DNA from: Amphiscolops sp. MND2022
Taxonomy: Eukaryota
Length of the DNA: 64,000 bases
Direction: 5' to 3'
Assembly: GCA_964187785.1 (NCBI GenBank)
Contig: OZ076411.1
Location: forward strand, 62,062,001-62,126,000
Shown: positions 62,321 to 64,000 of the stretch, piece by piece
Position numbering within the stretch: the stretch's first letter is position 1
Layout: each line of letters opens with the position of its first letter
The notes under the pieces: model-generated
Seen by the model: only the letters and a program-made list of their open reading frames with translations
Told to the model about the DNA's origin: nothing
Database searches by the model: none
Translations under genes and position numbers: made by a program

Positions 62321-64000
62321 CTATGGGTTCAATAAACAGCCGCTGATGACAAAGTGAGAGCTGTTCGGCAATGATGCCTTCCAAAATTGACAAACGAAGA
62401 CCAGAACAGAAAATGAAAAAAAAATTTCGAGAAACATCGGGTCGGCGTGTCGAACTGTCCCACCTCCTCGCATGGTCTTTTGCTGAAAGTCTCGATGGAC
62501 ATGATGTTTGGATTTTTCGGTGCCTTCGCACAGCTGGTTAAAGGGTGATTCAATATAGCCTCCTTCCAACAGCTGGGGAATCAGGCACAGGTTTAGTTTG
62601 TACGGCGTCAACATTAGTTTCACATCGAACATTACAATCGACATGTCATAGATTTCTGACAAGCCATTATATTCAGAAATGTCCTGTTTTCCGAATTTCT
62701 TCCTCGTCGTCGCCTCTACGGTCAGTTGATTTAGGGACTCTCTCCAAAGTTCGGCTGCATCCAAAAGTTTCTTTCGACATGTGCTTTTGACATTTTTAAA
62801 ACAAACGTGATGAAGAGTTTTCAAGACATTCATGCTTCCACTTTTTATACCCGACAAGACTCCAACAGTCTTGTTCTCGGTAAAAACTCCCTTAAACAGT
62901 TCATGCTGAATTTCAGCCTCATCAAATTCGTCCTTATAATCAATGCCAGTCATTGCTTCTCTGCACATAAATGAAATCGGAGCACAATTTTTTTGCGTTT
63001 GTCGATGTCAAGTTCGAAGCCAGGCTCTTTCCAACCCCTCTCAGTCAAATTGAGCTGAACGTTTTTCCCTAATGAAATCAACAGTGGATGGGTCATCTCC
63101 GGATTGGATAATTTTCAACTCCTTGAACTTTCTAATGTCTCCCTCAACACATCATGTTATCTCTGGCAAAACTGTCAAACTTTCAAGCAAGATGAATGGC
63201 GGCTCGAAATGGTAGGCGAACATCACCGCGATTGCCATTTATTTTGAGCACGGTTTCTGGGTTAATTGAATTGTCATTCCCATGATAGATCTGCCGTTTT
63301 GATGGGCTTTTTTTACTCTCCATGTGATCAACCGTGGATCCGGTGAGAAAGCGGATTCCGAATGGCTTGTCTCCACTGTATGTCAAGAGGACTACTTCGT
63401 CAAGGAGTTGTTTCATCTTCTGGTGAAGCCAAGAGGAATCTTGCTGACCTAGTTTCAAGTACCCGACAATTTGTTTAGGCGACCAACGACTGTAGTGCCT
63501 TGTTGTAAAAACACTAGTAAAAACGTGTTGTAAAAAATGCTAAGCTAACATAGCGCTAAATTACAGTTTTCAAGCTAAATTATGATTTTGGAATTCAGCA
63601 GGGAATGATGTCAAAATAGCAGAGCATACATTGGAAAACAGCAAAAGAGAAAAGTGAATCTGATGACTGATTGCTGACAAATGTTCTTTCGAGAAAACAG
63701 AAGGACCGTCGAGTTTGATCCTTCTTCCCTATTTCAACACCATCTCCCCAAATATCAACTTTCAGACCTTGCAAGTCAGTTCTTACTTTGAATAGAATGA
63801 AAGTCATATGACTCGTACATAACACGTGACATCACGTACATGATCAATTTTTATTCCAGAGAAAATATTTCTTGGTTTTCTTAAGGAAAATAACTTTGAA
63901 ATCAACGGTTTCGACTTTTCTTTGATCGCCGAATAACCTGAAACTTTTCTGACTGAAACCTTATCAGGTTGAAAAAATGCTTCACTGGAATTGAATATTG
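62321..64000 (-). pseudogene. RAG1/Transib-like DDE transposase, copy 2 (5' part beyond window)
   Basis: DIWGDG at 63739-63756 and CEGTEK at 62513-62530. Same lesions as copy 1. Confidence 0.75.

Larger units (their letters stand above)
54751..64000. repeat. 12.2-kb tandem duplication unit, copy 2 (truncated by window end)
   Basis: Colinear with 42526-~51776, roughly 99% identical by eye. Confidence 0.97.

Noticed and set aside
42526-64000. Polinton/Maverick or endogenous virus
   Set aside because: No protein-primed PolB, retroviral-type integrase, packaging ATPase or capsid motifs were recognised in the unit.

Overview
AT-rich animal genomic DNA with no prokaryotic features; the species cannot be determined from this window. 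The left half holds a minus-strand MEF2 (MADS-box) gene. Three 5' coding exons are well supported (29177-29230, 26866-27069, 24397-24699) and two 3' exons are probable (997-1219, 234-637); together they splice in frame to about 395 aa. The ~23 kb intron between these groups contains a full-length but disabled Mag-like Ty3/Gypsy LTR retrotransposon (17001-22441, 5-bp TSD, near-identical LTRs) and several MITEs. From 30 to 41 kb lies a transposon graveyard: a CR1/L2-like LINE fragment, two hAT MITEs with 8-bp TSDs, tandem CRE-like non-LTR fragments, hairpin-ended dispersed repeats and long palindromes. From 42526 to the window end is a head-to-tail duplication of a 12,225-bp unit. By manual translation, that unit contains decayed genes for a RAG1/Transib-like DDE transposase, a tyrosine-recombinase-like region followed by a KMT5A/PR-Set7-like SET domain, a possible Ulp1-like protease, and unassigned spliced genes. 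This looks like a large cargo-carrying DNA transposon and is the most interesting feature. All protein assignments are from motif recognition by eye, with no database searches.
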